In this document: positions 47,727-57,671 of the stretch, in pieces | Layout of the letters: every line of letters starts with the position of its first letter | Position numbering within the stretch: the first letter of the stretch is position 1 | Assembly: GCA_026415235.1 (NCBI GenBank) | Contig: JAOAHM010000028.1 | Location: 23,928 to 87,927, forward strand | DNA length: 64,000 nucleotides | Reading direction: 5' to 3' | Source of the DNA: Ignavibacteria bacterium | GTDB taxonomy: Bacteria; Bacteroidota; Ignavibacteria; Ch128b | Translations under genes and position numbers: made by a program | The notes under the pieces: model-generated | Database searches by the model: none | Told to the model about the DNA's origin: nothing | The model's input: the letters and a program-made list of their open reading frames with translations, nothing else

Positions 47727-48734
47727 TTATTTTTTCAAATATCTATATATTTTTATCAATGCAGGTTTGGTATAAAATTTTGTTACGAAAATTTTTTGTA
47801 GTTGAAATTGAAATCCAAAAATTGAAAAAACTAAATAAAATGAAATTAGAATGATAAGAATAGGATTTAAGAAGAGAATAAAGAACATAATTGAATTTTG
47901 AATTTTTATACCGCTACCTCTCACTGGGAATTCAAATGTTTGAACTAAAAAAATCTTGTAATCATTCATTAACCAACGAATGGGTGGTAATTCTTTTAAA
48001 CTGAATGGTTCTATTTTTCGTATGTAATATATATTGTCAAAAAGTGAATAATAGGAAATATAGTAATGTTCGATAGGAGTTTCATACTTCGAGTGTTTAC
48101 CATGTACAGCTTTAATTAAATTGAAATTTCCTGCATGAATTAGGTCATACAATTCATCAGAGGAAAGAAAAATTGTATCGCAGATAAGTGAGATGTTAAA
48201 TGTAGGATCGGAAATAATCCATTTACCTCTTCTTTCATCCCAAATTTCTATTGTTGAATGTCTATCAAATGAATCAAATAAAGAGCGAGCTACTGTAATA
48301 TATCGTACCTTAAATCCATAGAGATGAAGAATATATCCATAAAGTTTTGCTAATTCACCACAAAGTAACGGCTTATTAGACTTTAAATGTTTGTAAATTT
48401 CATCGGGATATCTTGTGACTAAATAATTTCCTTCACCTCTTTCACTAAGATTTAATAGATGTTCTCTAATTTTAATTGCATTTTCGATATCGTGGTTTGT
48501 TATTCTAAGATTTTGAAAATCTAATTTTATTAACCATATAAAATTGTTTTTGTATTCTTCTGAAAATGCAAATTCGGTTTCGGAGGAAGGTAGTTTGAAA
48601 TTGTCTTGTCTTATTATTGTGTATCTACTTAAAGTCATGATGTTATATTCTTTGAGTACATAAGGTACTAAAACCTCTAAGAGCAGGAGGAATATGAGCA
48701 GATTAAAGAGTATAATTTTTCTTTTTATGTTCAT
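47727..48734 (-). CDS. membrane-anchored transglutaminase-like (Cys-His-Asp) protein
   Basis: N- and C-terminal TM segments. LCGELAKLYGYILHLYGFKVRYI...DRHSTIEIWDERRGKWIISDPT fits the transglutaminase-core C/H/D spacing. Confidence 0.6.
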   Translation of the reverse strand: MNIKRKIILFNLLIFLLLLEVLVPYVLKEYNIMTLSRYTIIRQDNFKLPSSETEFAFSEEYKNNFIWLIKLDFQNLRITNHDIENAIKIREHLLNLSERGEGNYLVTRYPDEIYKHLKSNKPLLCGELAKLYGYILHLYGFKVRYITVARSLFDSFDRHSTIEIWDERRGKWIISDPTFNISLICDTIFLSSDELYDLIHAGNFNLIKAVHGKHSKYETPIEHYYISYYSLFDNIYYIRKIEPFSLKELPPIRWLMNDYKIFLVQTFEFPVRGSGIKIQNSIMFFILFLNPILIILISFYLVFSIFGFQFQLQKIFVTKFYTKPALIKIYRYLKK

Positions 48735-48978
48735 TTTTAGTCACGATTTAGACTACATTCAAATTATATGGTTTAAAATTTTTTTAAATTAATTCAATGA
48801 TTATGCCTGAAAAGTAATTTTAATTCACTGAAAAATTTTTGATAATGAAGTAAATTACTTTAAGTAAGCGAAATTTTTTCATAGTAAAAGAAAAATTTTA
48901 ATAGTTAATCGTGTAATTAAAAAGTTTTTTTGATTTTTGTAATTTTTTTTGCAAAAGAAAAAAATTAGGAAAGAAAAA

Positions 48979-50796
48979 ATGAACAATTTTTATCAATTAT
49001 TGAAAGAAAGAGTTTTAATTTTTGACGGAGCAATGGGAACTAACCTTCAAGCGCAAAATCTCACATCTGATGATTTTGGTGGAAAAGAGTATGAAGGATG
49101 TAATGAGTACTTAATTATCACAAAACCTTCAGCAGTCGAGAAAGTTCACATTGATTTTCTTGAAGCAGGTGCAGATATAATCGAAACAAATACATTTGGT
49201 TCAAATGAGATTGTTCTTGCAGAATATAATCTTCAAAAACATGCTTATGAGATAAGCAAGAAAGCAGCAGAACTCGCTAAAAAATTAGCATTAGATTTTT
49301 CGACTAATGATAAACCAAGATTCGTTGCTGGATCAATCGGACCAGGAACAAAATTACCATCCTTAGGTCATGTAACATTTCGTGAATTAGAAAAATCTTA
49401 TTATCCACAAATTTCAGGACTTGTTGATGGTGGAGTTGATATTCTTTGCATCGAAACTTGTCAAGATCTTCTTCAAATTAAATCAGTACTTTCAACTGTA
49501 GAGAAAATTTTTAATGAGAAGAAAATTAAATTACCAGTTATTGTGTCAATTACAATTGAAACTACTGGAACTATGTTAATTGGAACAGACATATCTGCTG
49601 CATTAACTACCTTAGAACCTTATGAGATTATTGATGTAATTGGAATGAATTGCGCCACTGGTCCAAAAGAGATGAGCGAAAATGTTCGTTACCTTTGTCA
49701 AAATTCACCCAAACCAGTTTTTGTAATGCCAAATGCTGGAATTCCTGAAAACATAAATGGTAGAGCTTGTTATCATTTAAGTCCCGATGAACTTGTACAA
49801 TGGCTACATCATTTTGTGAAAGATTTAGGAGTAAATATTGTTGGTGGATGTTGCGGAACAACTAAAGAACACATCAAAAAACTTGTAGACAATTTATCTG
49901 GATTGAAAGTGCCAGAGCGAAATTGGAGTTATCAGCCTTCGGTTTCAAGTAATTTTATTAGTCAACCATTGCGATTAGATCCAGCACCAGTGTTAGTTGG
50001 AGAAAGGTGCAACGCTAACGGTTCAAAGCAATTCAGAGAATATTTACTCAAAGATGATTATGAGGGAATGCTGCAAGTTGCTCGAGACCAAATTAAAGAA
50101 GGTGCACACATGTTAGATATTTGTGTCGCTTATGTTGGAAGAGATGAGAAAAAAGATATGATTGAATTTGTTAAACGACTTAACACTCAGATAACTTTAC
50201 CAATTATGATTGATTCTACCGAGTATGAAGTAATTGAAGCAGCACTTGAACATTATGCTGGTAGATGTGTGATAAACTCAGTAAATCTTGAAGATGGAGA
50301 AGAGCGAATTTCAAAAGTTTTTCCATTAGCGAAAAAATTTGGAGCTGCTGTTATTGCATTAACAATTGATGAAGAAGGAATGGCAAAAACAGCAGAAAAA
50401 AAACTTTCAATTGCAAAGCGAATAAGAAATCTTGCCGTGAATAAATATTCTCTGAGAGAGGAAGATTTAATATTTGACCCATTAACTTTTACACTTGGTA
50501 GTGGCGACGAAGAATTCCGAAGAAGTGCAATCGAAACTCTCGAAGCAATTAAACTGATTAAGAAAGAGATACCAAAATCTTTCACAATTCTTGGTATTAG
50601 TAATGTCTCATTTGGATTAAATGTCAATGCAAGACATGCATTAAATTCAGTATTCCTTTATCATGCTGTTCAAGCTGGCTTGGACCTTGCAATTGTTCAC
50701 GCAAGTAAAATCATGCCTTTGAATAAAATTGATGAAAGAGGAAAGCAACTTTGTGAAGAATTAATCTTTGATAAACGGAAGTATGAGTTTGTTTAA
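48979..50796 (+). CDS. metH: methionine synthase N-terminal half (homocysteine-binding + methyl-THF/pterin-binding modules)
   Basis: ORF begins at TTG 48949. ATG 48979 follows AGGAAAG. IFDGAMGT, GMNCATGP, GGCCGTT (Hcy module). GERCNANGSK, INSVNLEDGE, ISNVSFG (pterin module). Ends ...LIFDKRKYEFV*. Confidence 0.9.
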   Translation: MNNFYQLLKERVLIFDGAMGTNLQAQNLTSDDFGGKEYEGCNEYLIITKPSAVEKVHIDFLEAGADIIETNTFGSNEIVLAEYNLQKHAYEISKKAAELAKKLALDFSTNDKPRFVAGSIGPGTKLPSLGHVTFRELEKSYYPQISGLVDGGVDILCIETCQDLLQIKSVLSTVEKIFNEKKIKLPVIVSITIETTGTMLIGTDISAALTTLEPYEIIDVIGMNCATGPKEMSENVRYLCQNSPKPVFVMPNAGIPENINGRACYHLSPDELVQWLHHFVKDLGVNIVGGCCGTTKEHIKKLVDNLSGLKVPERNWSYQPSVSSNFISQPLRLDPAPVLVGERCNANGSKQFREYLLKDDYEGMLQVARDQIKEGAHMLDICVAYVGRDEKKDMIEFVKRLNTQITLPIMIDSTEYEVIEAALEHYAGRCVINSVNLEDGEERISKVFPLAKKFGAAVIALTIDEEGMAKTAEKKLSIAKRIRNLAVNKYSLREEDLIFDPLTFTLGSGDEEFRRSAIETLEAIKLIKKEIPKSFTILGISNVSFGLNVNARHALNSVFLYHAVQAGLDLAIVHASKIMPLNKIDERGKQLCEELIFDKRKYEFV

Positions 50797-51378
50797 ATAA
50801 ATTTCTAAGCGAACTAAGCCAAAACGCCAAATGCGATTAAATTTTTCTCCATATACTTTCTATCATGAAAAAAATTAAATATGGTTTTGAAATTGGTGTG
50901 AAGCATAAACTTTGATTTGATAAAAAAGATTTGAAAGAGAAAGATGAGTTTTCTCTTAAATAATTTATTCAAACAGTTTTGAAATTAATATCATTTTATA
51001 ATTAAAAATTTCAGTGAATAAATTCTTCTCACCAGTGCAAATTTTCTTCAAATCATAATTTCTTTTAATTGAATTAATAACTGAAATCGAATTACTGAAT
51101 TGACAGTTTCTTAACCTATCTCTTTATTTAAGATTAAAAATTCATGAATTAAAACTCAAAAATTTATTGCATCAAGTCATGATGATAGTTTTAAGGATTA
51201 ATTCGATTAAACGATTGACTAAGTAATCAGATAATTTCACTATGGAGTTAAATAATAATTTATATGTTTACGAGTTAGATGATTGAATACGATTTAAAGA
51301 AATTTCAAAATTTCTTTGTGAGGTTTACAAGCTGTTCAGTAGTTAAAAAAATTTTCAAATATGAACTTGAGAGTGCAT

Positions 51379-52425
51379 TCAGAAAAGTTTATCAGTATCC
51401 CAAAGAGTACCGCTAATTAAATCGGATTTTTTGATATTAAGTACTTTTAATGCTAAATCGGTTGTTTCTCTTCCGCGTGGAGTTCTTTTAAGAAATCCTT
51501 GTTGTATTAAGAAAGGTTCATAAACTTCTTCGATTGTACCTGGATCTTCGTTAACTGATACTGCAATTGTATTCAAACCAACAGGTCCGCCTTTATATTT
51601 CAAAACAATTGTTCTTAGAATTTCTTTGTCCATATCATCTAAACCATATTCATCTACATCAAGACTTGATAATGCTTTTTTTGCAATATCTAAATTTATT
51701 TTGTTAAGTCCCTCCACATCAGCGAAGTCGCGAGTTCGCTTTAGAAGTCTGTTAGCAATTCTTGGTGTACCTCTTGACCTTTTCGCAATCTCGAATGCAG
51801 CATCTTCGTCTATTTCAATTTGAAGAATTTTAGCAGACCTTTTAACAATTTGAAGCAAATCTTCTGCAGTGTAATAATCTAAACGAGAATTAATTCCAAA
51901 TCGATCTCTTAATGGAGAAGTTAACAATCCTGCTCGAGTTGTTGCTCCTATCAATGTATACTTTGGCAATTTGATTTGAACAGTTCTTGCATTTGGTCCT
52001 GAATCAATCATTATATCAATCTTGAAATCTTCCATTGCAGAGTATAAATATTCTTCTACAACAGGACTAAGCCTATGAATTTCGTCAATAAAAAGAACTG
52101 AGTTTTCTTCAAGGTTAGTTAATATACCAGCTAAGTCACCTGGTTTTTCTAAGACAGGACCTGAAGTCACTTTAATTTTTACACCTAATTCGTTTGCGAT
52201 GATGTGAGCAAGAGTTGTTTTGCCAAGTCCAGGTGGACCAGTTAATAAAACATGGTCTAAGGACTCTTTTCTGATGAGTGCTGCACTAATGAAGACTTTT
52301 AAGTTTTCAACAATCTTTCTCTGGCCCACAAATTCATCGAAAGAAAGAGGTCTTAAATTTTTTTCGAGCTCAACATCTTCACTAAAACGAATAGGTGTAG
52401 TGTTTTTAGATTTTCTCATTTCCAA
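51379..52425 (-). CDS. ruvB: Holliday junction branch migration helicase RuvB
   Basis: [51 protein letters not shown]. Confidence 0.95.
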   Translation of the reverse strand: MEMRKSKNTTPIRFSEDVELEKNLRPLSFDEFVGQRKIVENLKVFISAALIRKESLDHVLLTGPPGLGKTTLAHIIANELGVKIKVTSGPVLEKPGDLAGILTNLEENSVLFIDEIHRLSPVVEEYLYSAMEDFKIDIMIDSGPNARTVQIKLPKYTLIGATTRAGLLTSPLRDRFGINSRLDYYTAEDLLQIVKRSAKILQIEIDEDAAFEIAKRSRGTPRIANRLLKRTRDFADVEGLNKINLDIAKKALSSLDVDEYGLDDMDKEILRTIVLKYKGGPVGLNTIAVSVNEDPGTIEEVYEPFLIQQGFLKRTPRGRETTDLALKVLNIKKSDLISGTLWDTDKLF

Positions 52426-52484
52426 AAGTCAAAATTTTTCTTACAAACTTATTACTATTCATATTTATCAGGAAAATAAAATTT

Positions 52485-52769
52485 TCAAATAACCATGTTC
52501 ACATCAATCGTAAAAATGAACATGGCAAATTCGTTCACATATTTTTCTTTGCAACATTTAATTATTTTATTCGCAACATCTTCATCGCACACAATTTCAA
52601 TTTGAATGTTTTTGTTGTATTCGTAATCTGCATTTCGCATTCCTTGGAGTCCAACGCCACGAGCTTCTATAATTGTATAACCTGTTACTCCAAATTTTTG
52701 TAAATCTTTTGTTAATGGTGATTCTAAAATTGATTCGGTTATGATAACTAAAAGTTTTTGTGGTTTCAT
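52485..52769 (-). CDS. PII-like signalling protein (SbtB-like)
   Basis: 94 aa. Pattern KLLVIITE...GVTGYTIIEARGVGLQG, then a T-loop-like segment, then IQIEIVC. Lies 8 nt downstream of the SbtA-like permease gene. Confidence 0.65.
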   Translation of the reverse strand: MKPQKLLVIITESILESPLTKDLQKFGVTGYTIIEARGVGLQGMRNADYEYNKNIQIEIVCDEDVANKIIKCCKEKYVNEFAMFIFTIDVNMVI

Positions 52770-52777
52770 AGTTCATC

Positions 52778-53725
52778 CTAATAAATTAACTTAGCTAAGT
52801 TGTAATAAAGTGGAATACCAAAAATAAGATTGAATGGGAATGTAATTCCTAATGACGCAGTTAAATAAAAAGTTGGATTAGCTTCAGGTATAGCGATTCT
52901 AATTGCAGCTGGTGCTGCAATATAAGATGCACTTGCAGCAAGAGTAGCTAAAACTGTTGTTCCACCTAAAGAAAGTCCAACAATCTTTCCAACAAAAATT
53001 GTAATTGAAGCAGAAATAATTGGCATGCATATAGCGAAGAAGAATAAGAAAACACCAACCTTCTTTAAGTCAGCAAGTCTTTTAGATGCAACCAAACCCA
53101 TTTCAAGAAGAAATATTGACAATAAACCTTTGAATAAGTCAAAGAAAATTAATTTAATTGGTTCAATTTTTTGTGGACCAGCAACATATCCAATGGCAAC
53201 TCCTGCAAGCAAAAGATAAATACTTCGACTTAGAAAAATTTCTTTGTAAAGTTCTGTCTTAAAGAGAAATTGTTTCCCACTTCCAATTCGAGCGAGAAGA
53301 ATTCCAACACCAATAGCTGGAATTTCAAGAATAACTAACAAAATTGTACTGTAACTTTCATAGGGAACATTAAATTTTTCTAAGAAAGTAAGTACAACAG
53401 CAAAAGTTACTGCACTTACTGAACCGTAATGAGCTGCAATTGCTGCTGAGTTGTACCGATCTAACTTTCCTATCTTTCTTAGAATAATGAATGCTATAAA
53501 TGGGATTATAATACCAATGAATAAAGTACCAAAGACAGGTTTCAAAATTGTTTGTAATTCTACAGTTGCAAGTTGGACGCCGCCCTTAAGTCCAATTGCA
53601 AGTAATAGATAAATACTTAAGATTTCATAAATAGCTTCAGGAATTTTTAATTCGGCTTTTATTATTCCCGCAAGTAAGCCAACGGCGAAAAATAATATTA
53701 CGGGATCAATTAAGTTCTCTATCAA
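52778..53725 (-). CDS. SbtA-like (DUF897) sodium-dependent bicarbonate transporter family permease
   Basis: DPVILFFAVGLLAGIIKAELKIPEAIYEILSIYLLLAIGLKGG is close to the SbtA-family N-terminus as I recall it. About 10 TM segments. Confidence 0.75.
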   Translation of the reverse strand: MIENLIDPVILFFAVGLLAGIIKAELKIPEAIYEILSIYLLLAIGLKGGVQLATVELQTILKPVFGTLFIGIIIPFIAFIILRKIGKLDRYNSAAIAAHYGSVSAVTFAVVLTFLEKFNVPYESYSTILLVILEIPAIGVGILLARIGSGKQFLFKTELYKEIFLSRSIYLLLAGVAIGYVAGPQKIEPIKLIFFDLFKGLLSIFLLEMGLVASKRLADLKKVGVFLFFFAICMPIISASITIFVGKIVGLSLGGTTVLATLAASASYIAAPAAIRIAIPEANPTFYLTASLGITFPFNLIFGIPLYYNLAKLIY

Positions 53726-53915
53726 GTTACTACCCTTTCATTTTGTTCTCGATTAAATTCTAATTTATTCGTAACTGTGAAAAAATTTACTTCAAATTTA
53801 AGAATTACGAGAAAAATTAAAATTTGAATAGTTAACCTTTATATTTAAGTTTGATTTGATAAGATACACTGAAATATTCCGGGTTAAATTTAATAAATAT
53901 TTTTAGGGAGGTAAC

Positions 53916-55412
53916 ATGTCTAAATTTTTAAGCTTCTTTTTTGTCATATTTCTTCTCTTTTTTTCCATTAGTTATTCTCAGGTTGGGAATGAATTTCCAA
54001 TCGAAGTCGGTTCAGATTCTTGTTTTGCATCAAGTTTCTCGCAAGATGCAACAAAGTACATGATTGTAATGAGAAAAGATAAAGGTTTTTCAAATGCAGA
54101 TATTGTAGTTCAATTTCATTCGAAATTAGATCACTCGTTAATTTATGGTCCAATTGTTATTGGCACGACTAATGTTCCAATTTCAAATTTCGAAAGTGCA
54201 TTACCGCAAGCTGCATTTGATGGAACAAGATTTTTAGTGGTGTGGGTAAATAACGGAATAAATTATCGTTTCATTAATGCTCAGACATTTGAATTAAGTC
54301 AGATTTACTCTGATGCAACACTTCCTCTTATTCTTGGTGGAACGAATCTTTTGCATTTCAATCCAGTTACAAATAGATATTTAATTGTATTTGGAATTAA
54401 AACACAACAAGATAATATCTATTTAGCTTATAATTTCATTCAACGAAATGGAAGTTTAGGCAATACAAATCAATTGGTTAGTTTCCCAGTTAGAAAGGAA
54501 ATTAGTCTTTCTTATGCGAATGGTAAATATCTCGTTTGTTTTATTAAAGACAATTCACAAGGGTCAGATTTTGAAGTTTATGGTCAACTATTAAATGAAG
54601 ATGGGACAATTTCTGGTTCGACTTTTCTTGTAGATGGAAGTAGTTATCCGAGCGATAATCCGTTATTCGTTACTTTTGATGGGAAATATCACTTGTGTTT
54701 TTATACCGACGAAGAACCAACTGGTTGGAAAATTTATGCAAAAAGAATCTCACCAACTGGTGGTGTTGATATAAATAAAAGTTTGATTTCAGCAGATGGT
54801 CATTTAGTGCCTGAAGCGATAGTTGCAAATTCATTGCTTCTTGTTACATGGACTAAATTTCCAGTAATGGGAATTTCGCCTGGATATGTTAAAGGCAGAT
54901 TTTTTGATTTGAATTTGAATCCAATTGGAAATGAGTTTATAGTTTTTAATGAAAAGAATGGTAAAACGCCAATTGGAGGCACGGTTGTGTTTGGAGACAA
55001 TAAGTTTTATTGCTATTCCACTCGAATGAATTTTTCGATTTATGTTGTTGGTACTGATACGATGTTCATTTTAACAAATGGAGATGTTTTCGGTGTTCCA
55101 ATTTTTTCTCCCACTGAAGTAAAAGATGAACAAATCACAGCTGAACAATTTGAACTATTTCAAAATTATCCTAATCCATTCAATCCATCAACGATAATTA
55201 AATTTAATTTGACTGAACGAGGTTATTGTGTTCTTAAGTTATTTGACTTAGTTGGAAATGAAATTGAAACAATATTTGATGCTGAGTTAGACGCAGGTTT
55301 GCATTCAGTTGATTTTGAACCATCGAGATTTAATTTGAGTAGTGGTGTATATGTTTATGAACTTAAATTCAATTCTCTCATTCAGACAAGAAAGATGGTT
55401 TATCTTAAGTAA
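53916..55412 (+). CDS. secreted repeat protein with T9SS C-terminal sorting domain
   Basis: GGGAGG RBS and signal peptide. Degenerate ~55-aa units (FDGTRFLVVW, NGKYLVCF..FEVYGQLLNEDG, FDGKYHLCF..KIYAKRISPTGG). Tail FELFQNYPNPFNPSTIIKFNL. Confidence 0.75.
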   Translation: MSKFLSFFFVIFLLFFSISYSQVGNEFPIEVGSDSCFASSFSQDATKYMIVMRKDKGFSNADIVVQFHSKLDHSLIYGPIVIGTTNVPISNFESALPQAAFDGTRFLVVWVNNGINYRFINAQTFELSQIYSDATLPLILGGTNLLHFNPVTNRYLIVFGIKTQQDNIYLAYNFIQRNGSLGNTNQLVSFPVRKEISLSYANGKYLVCFIKDNSQGSDFEVYGQLLNEDGTISGSTFLVDGSSYPSDNPLFVTFDGKYHLCFYTDEEPTGWKIYAKRISPTGGVDINKSLISADGHLVPEAIVANSLLLVTWTKFPVMGISPGYVKGRFFDLNLNPIGNEFIVFNEKNGKTPIGGTVVFGDNKFYCYSTRMNFSIYVVGTDTMFILTNGDVFGVPIFSPTEVKDEQITAEQFELFQNYPNPFNPSTIIKFNLTERGYCVLKLFDLVGNEIETIFDAELDAGLHSVDFEPSRFNLSSGVYVYELKFNSLIQTRKMVYLK

Positions 55413-55426
55413 AAATTTTAATTAAA

Positions 55427-55463
55427 GGTCTGCTAAGATTTTTGAAATCAACCTTAGCAGACC
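55427..55463. terminator. bidirectional hairpin terminator
   Basis: GGTCTGCTAAG (55427-55437) and CTTAGCAGACC (55453-55463) form an 11-bp perfect stem with a 15-nt loop, between convergent genes. Confidence 0.6.
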
Positions 55464-55468
55464 AATTC

Positions 55469-56302
55469 TCATTTTTGGGCGAAGATATTCATGTTTTGAC
55501 CACTAAAGAAAAATGTAGCAGGTTTTCGAATTATTTCCTTCAATAGAGAAAAATTTGCAGAACTTTCTGTAAGGTTCACTGCTCCATTTTTAGTTTTGAT
55601 TAATTTTAATGGATTTAGAAAAGATTTCTGAATTTTGATTTTACGAAAGTTAAAATTCATCAATAATCTTTTAATTGATTTAGGCGAGTAATGGAATAAA
55701 TGATAAGGTAGGCTCCAACCGTTCCACTTATCACCATTCACAAATCTATCTAAACTCATCAAGTTCGGAAGTGCTAACCAAATAATTCCATTCTCGTTCA
55801 AAAGGTTTACTGCTAAATTCAAGTTTGATAATGGGTCAGGCAAATGTTCAAATGAATGATAAAAACAAATCAAATCGAATTTTTGATTCGAATAATACTC
55901 TTTCAATTCACCATTAAATAATTCAATACCAAATTTTTGTTTTGCCACATCTACACTGTATCGAGAAATTTCAATTCCTTCTGCTTTCAATCCTAATTCT
56001 CTAAATGCCTTAACAAATAAACCAAACCCTGCACCTACATCAAGAACGGAATTGACTTTACCAAAATAATGGTTAATATAATTCAAGTAATATTTTGCAG
56101 TAGATTTTACTGAATTAAGTTCAACTGAATTTTCGTAAAGATACCTTTCAAAATAATTTTCGTTGTATAGACTTTCAGATGAAAGAAATTTTTCAAAGTC
56201 GTTAAGAAAAATCACTTTGCAATCTTTACATTTCAATAAATCAAATTGGCTGATGACTTTAAATTTTTTGATTTTGTTTGAGCCACAAATTTTGCAATTC
56301 AT
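55469..56302 (-). CDS. class I SAM-dependent methyltransferase with N-terminal zinc ribbon
   Basis: CKICGS...CKDCKV at the N-terminus. SAM motif I VLDVGAGFGLF. Confidence 0.8.
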   Translation of the reverse strand: MNCKICGSNKIKKFKVISQFDLLKCKDCKVIFLNDFEKFLSSESLYNENYFERYLYENSVELNSVKSTAKYYLNYINHYFGKVNSVLDVGAGFGLFVKAFRELGLKAEGIEISRYSVDVAKQKFGIELFNGELKEYYSNQKFDLICFYHSFEHLPDPLSNLNLAVNLLNENGIIWLALPNLMSLDRFVNGDKWNGWSLPYHLFHYSPKSIKRLLMNFNFRKIKIQKSFLNPLKLIKTKNGAVNLTESSANFSLLKEIIRKPATFFFSGQNMNIFAQK

Positions 56303-56308
56303 TTTATA

Positions 56309-57337
56309 TCAAGTTTCTAAATCGCGTTTCCCTTGAACAAATTCTTCGGCAATTCGAACATCGTGTGGACTACCAATGAACAAAGGAGTTTTTTGGTGAA
56401 GCTCTTTTGGTTCAATGTCTAAAATTCTTTGATAACCATCAGAAGCTTTTCCACCAGCTTGTTCAACAATGAAAGCCAGAGGATTGCATTCATACATCAA
56501 GCGAAGTTTCCCATTGGGATTTTTCTTGTCACCAGGATACATAAATATTCCACCATAAATTAGATTGCGATGGAAATCGGCAACAAGTGAACCGACATAT
56601 CTTGCAGAATAAGGTCTTCCAGTTTCTTTATCATTTTGTTGTAGATACTTGATGTATTTCTTCAATCCATCATCCCAATAAAGATAATTTCCTTCGTTAA
56701 TTGAATAGATTTTTCCTTTTGTTGGAATTCGAATGTTATCATGACTCAATAGAAATTCTCCAACTGCTGGGTCAAGCGTAAAACCATAGACACCATTTCC
56801 AGTTGTATAGACTAACATTGTGCTTGATCCATAAATAATGTAACCTGCAGCAACTTGTTCACTTCCTTTTTGAAGACAATCTTCCATTGTACCGGGACCA
56901 TTGCCTTTCGATTTTCTTCTATAAATTGAGAAGATTGTACCAATGCTGATATTCACATCAATATTTGAAGAACCATCGAGTGGGTCGAAAAGCAAAACAT
57001 ATTTTCCAATTTTATTTCCCTTTGGAATATGAATTAAATTTTCTTCTTCTTCCGATGCCATTACACACAAATGCCCACCATGATTCATTGCATTGATTAA
57101 AATTTCGTGAGCAAAGACATCAAGCTTTTTGACTTCATCACCATGAATATTTTTTTCACCAGTAAAACCAAGAATATCAACAAGTCCTGCTTTGTTCACT
57201 TCAAGTGAAATAATTTTTGCAGCAAGTGCAAGGTCAGAAAGTAAATCCGAGAGTTCTCCTGTTGCTTCAGGGAATTTTCTTTCGTTTTCAATGATGTGTC
57301 GTTCAAGAGTAAGAAATCGTTTTGGAATATGGTCCAT
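56309..57337 (-). CDS. fbp: fructose-1,6-bisphosphatase class 1
   Basis: [48 protein letters not shown]. Confidence 0.95.
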   Translation of the reverse strand: MDHIPKRFLTLERHIIENERKFPEATGELSDLLSDLALAAKIISLEVNKAGLVDILGFTGEKNIHGDEVKKLDVFAHEILINAMNHGGHLCVMASEEEENLIHIPKGNKIGKYVLLFDPLDGSSNIDVNISIGTIFSIYRRKSKGNGPGTMEDCLQKGSEQVAAGYIIYGSSTMLVYTTGNGVYGFTLDPAVGEFLLSHDNIRIPTKGKIYSINEGNYLYWDDGLKKYIKYLQQNDKETGRPYSARYVGSLVADFHRNLIYGGIFMYPGDKKNPNGKLRLMYECNPLAFIVEQAGGKASDGYQRILDIEPKELHQKTPLFIGSPHDVRIAEEFVQGKRDLET

Positions 57338-57506
57338 AGAGTTCTCCTATATGTTTGTTTTTATTATTCTACAATTCGAATTATTTGATGTAAAAGTGAG
57401 GTGTAATGAAATTTTTAGAAAAACGAAGTGTGAAGGATAATTCAAAAAATAACTAAAAATTTTTTTATCAAACCAAATGAAGATTAAGACCCTCCATAAT
57501 TTTTAG

Positions 57507-57580
57507 TACCCCCGAGAGGATTCGAACCTCCGACACGCGGTTTAGGAAACCGCTGCTCTATCCTACTGAGCTACGGGGGC
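57507..57580 (-). tRNA. tRNA-Arg (anticodon CCU)
   Basis: The minus strand reads GCCCCCGTAGCTCAGTAGGATAGAGCAGCGGTTTCCTAAACCGCGTGTCGGAGGTTCGAATCCTCTCGGGGGTA. It folds as a 74-nt cloverleaf with anticodon loop TTCCTAA. No encoded CCA. Confidence 0.9.
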
Positions 57581-57671
57581 AATTAATTTAGCACAATATA
57601 AGAATTTTTGTAATGACCTTCAAATAAAATATGAATTCCCTACCCTAACCTATGCAAATCTCCCAAATGTT

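Noticed and set aside
48823-51026. Inverted match aattcactgaaaaattttt (48823-48841) versus aaaaatttcagtgaat (about 51008-51023) flanking the MetH N-half gene
   Set aside because: Only about 8+8 nt match, with an indel, and the match is mostly an A/T run. This is expected by chance in AT-rich spacers. I also found no convincing inverted repeats between 35417..35538 and 50797..51378 that would mark the inversion breakpoints.
57338-57671. tRNA-Arg(CCU) as a possible genomic-island integration site
   Set aside because: There is no integrase or recombinase nearby. I could not find a direct repeat of the tRNA 3' end on either side. The flanking genes (fbp on one side, T9SS cargo on the other) do not look horizontally acquired by composition as judged by eye.
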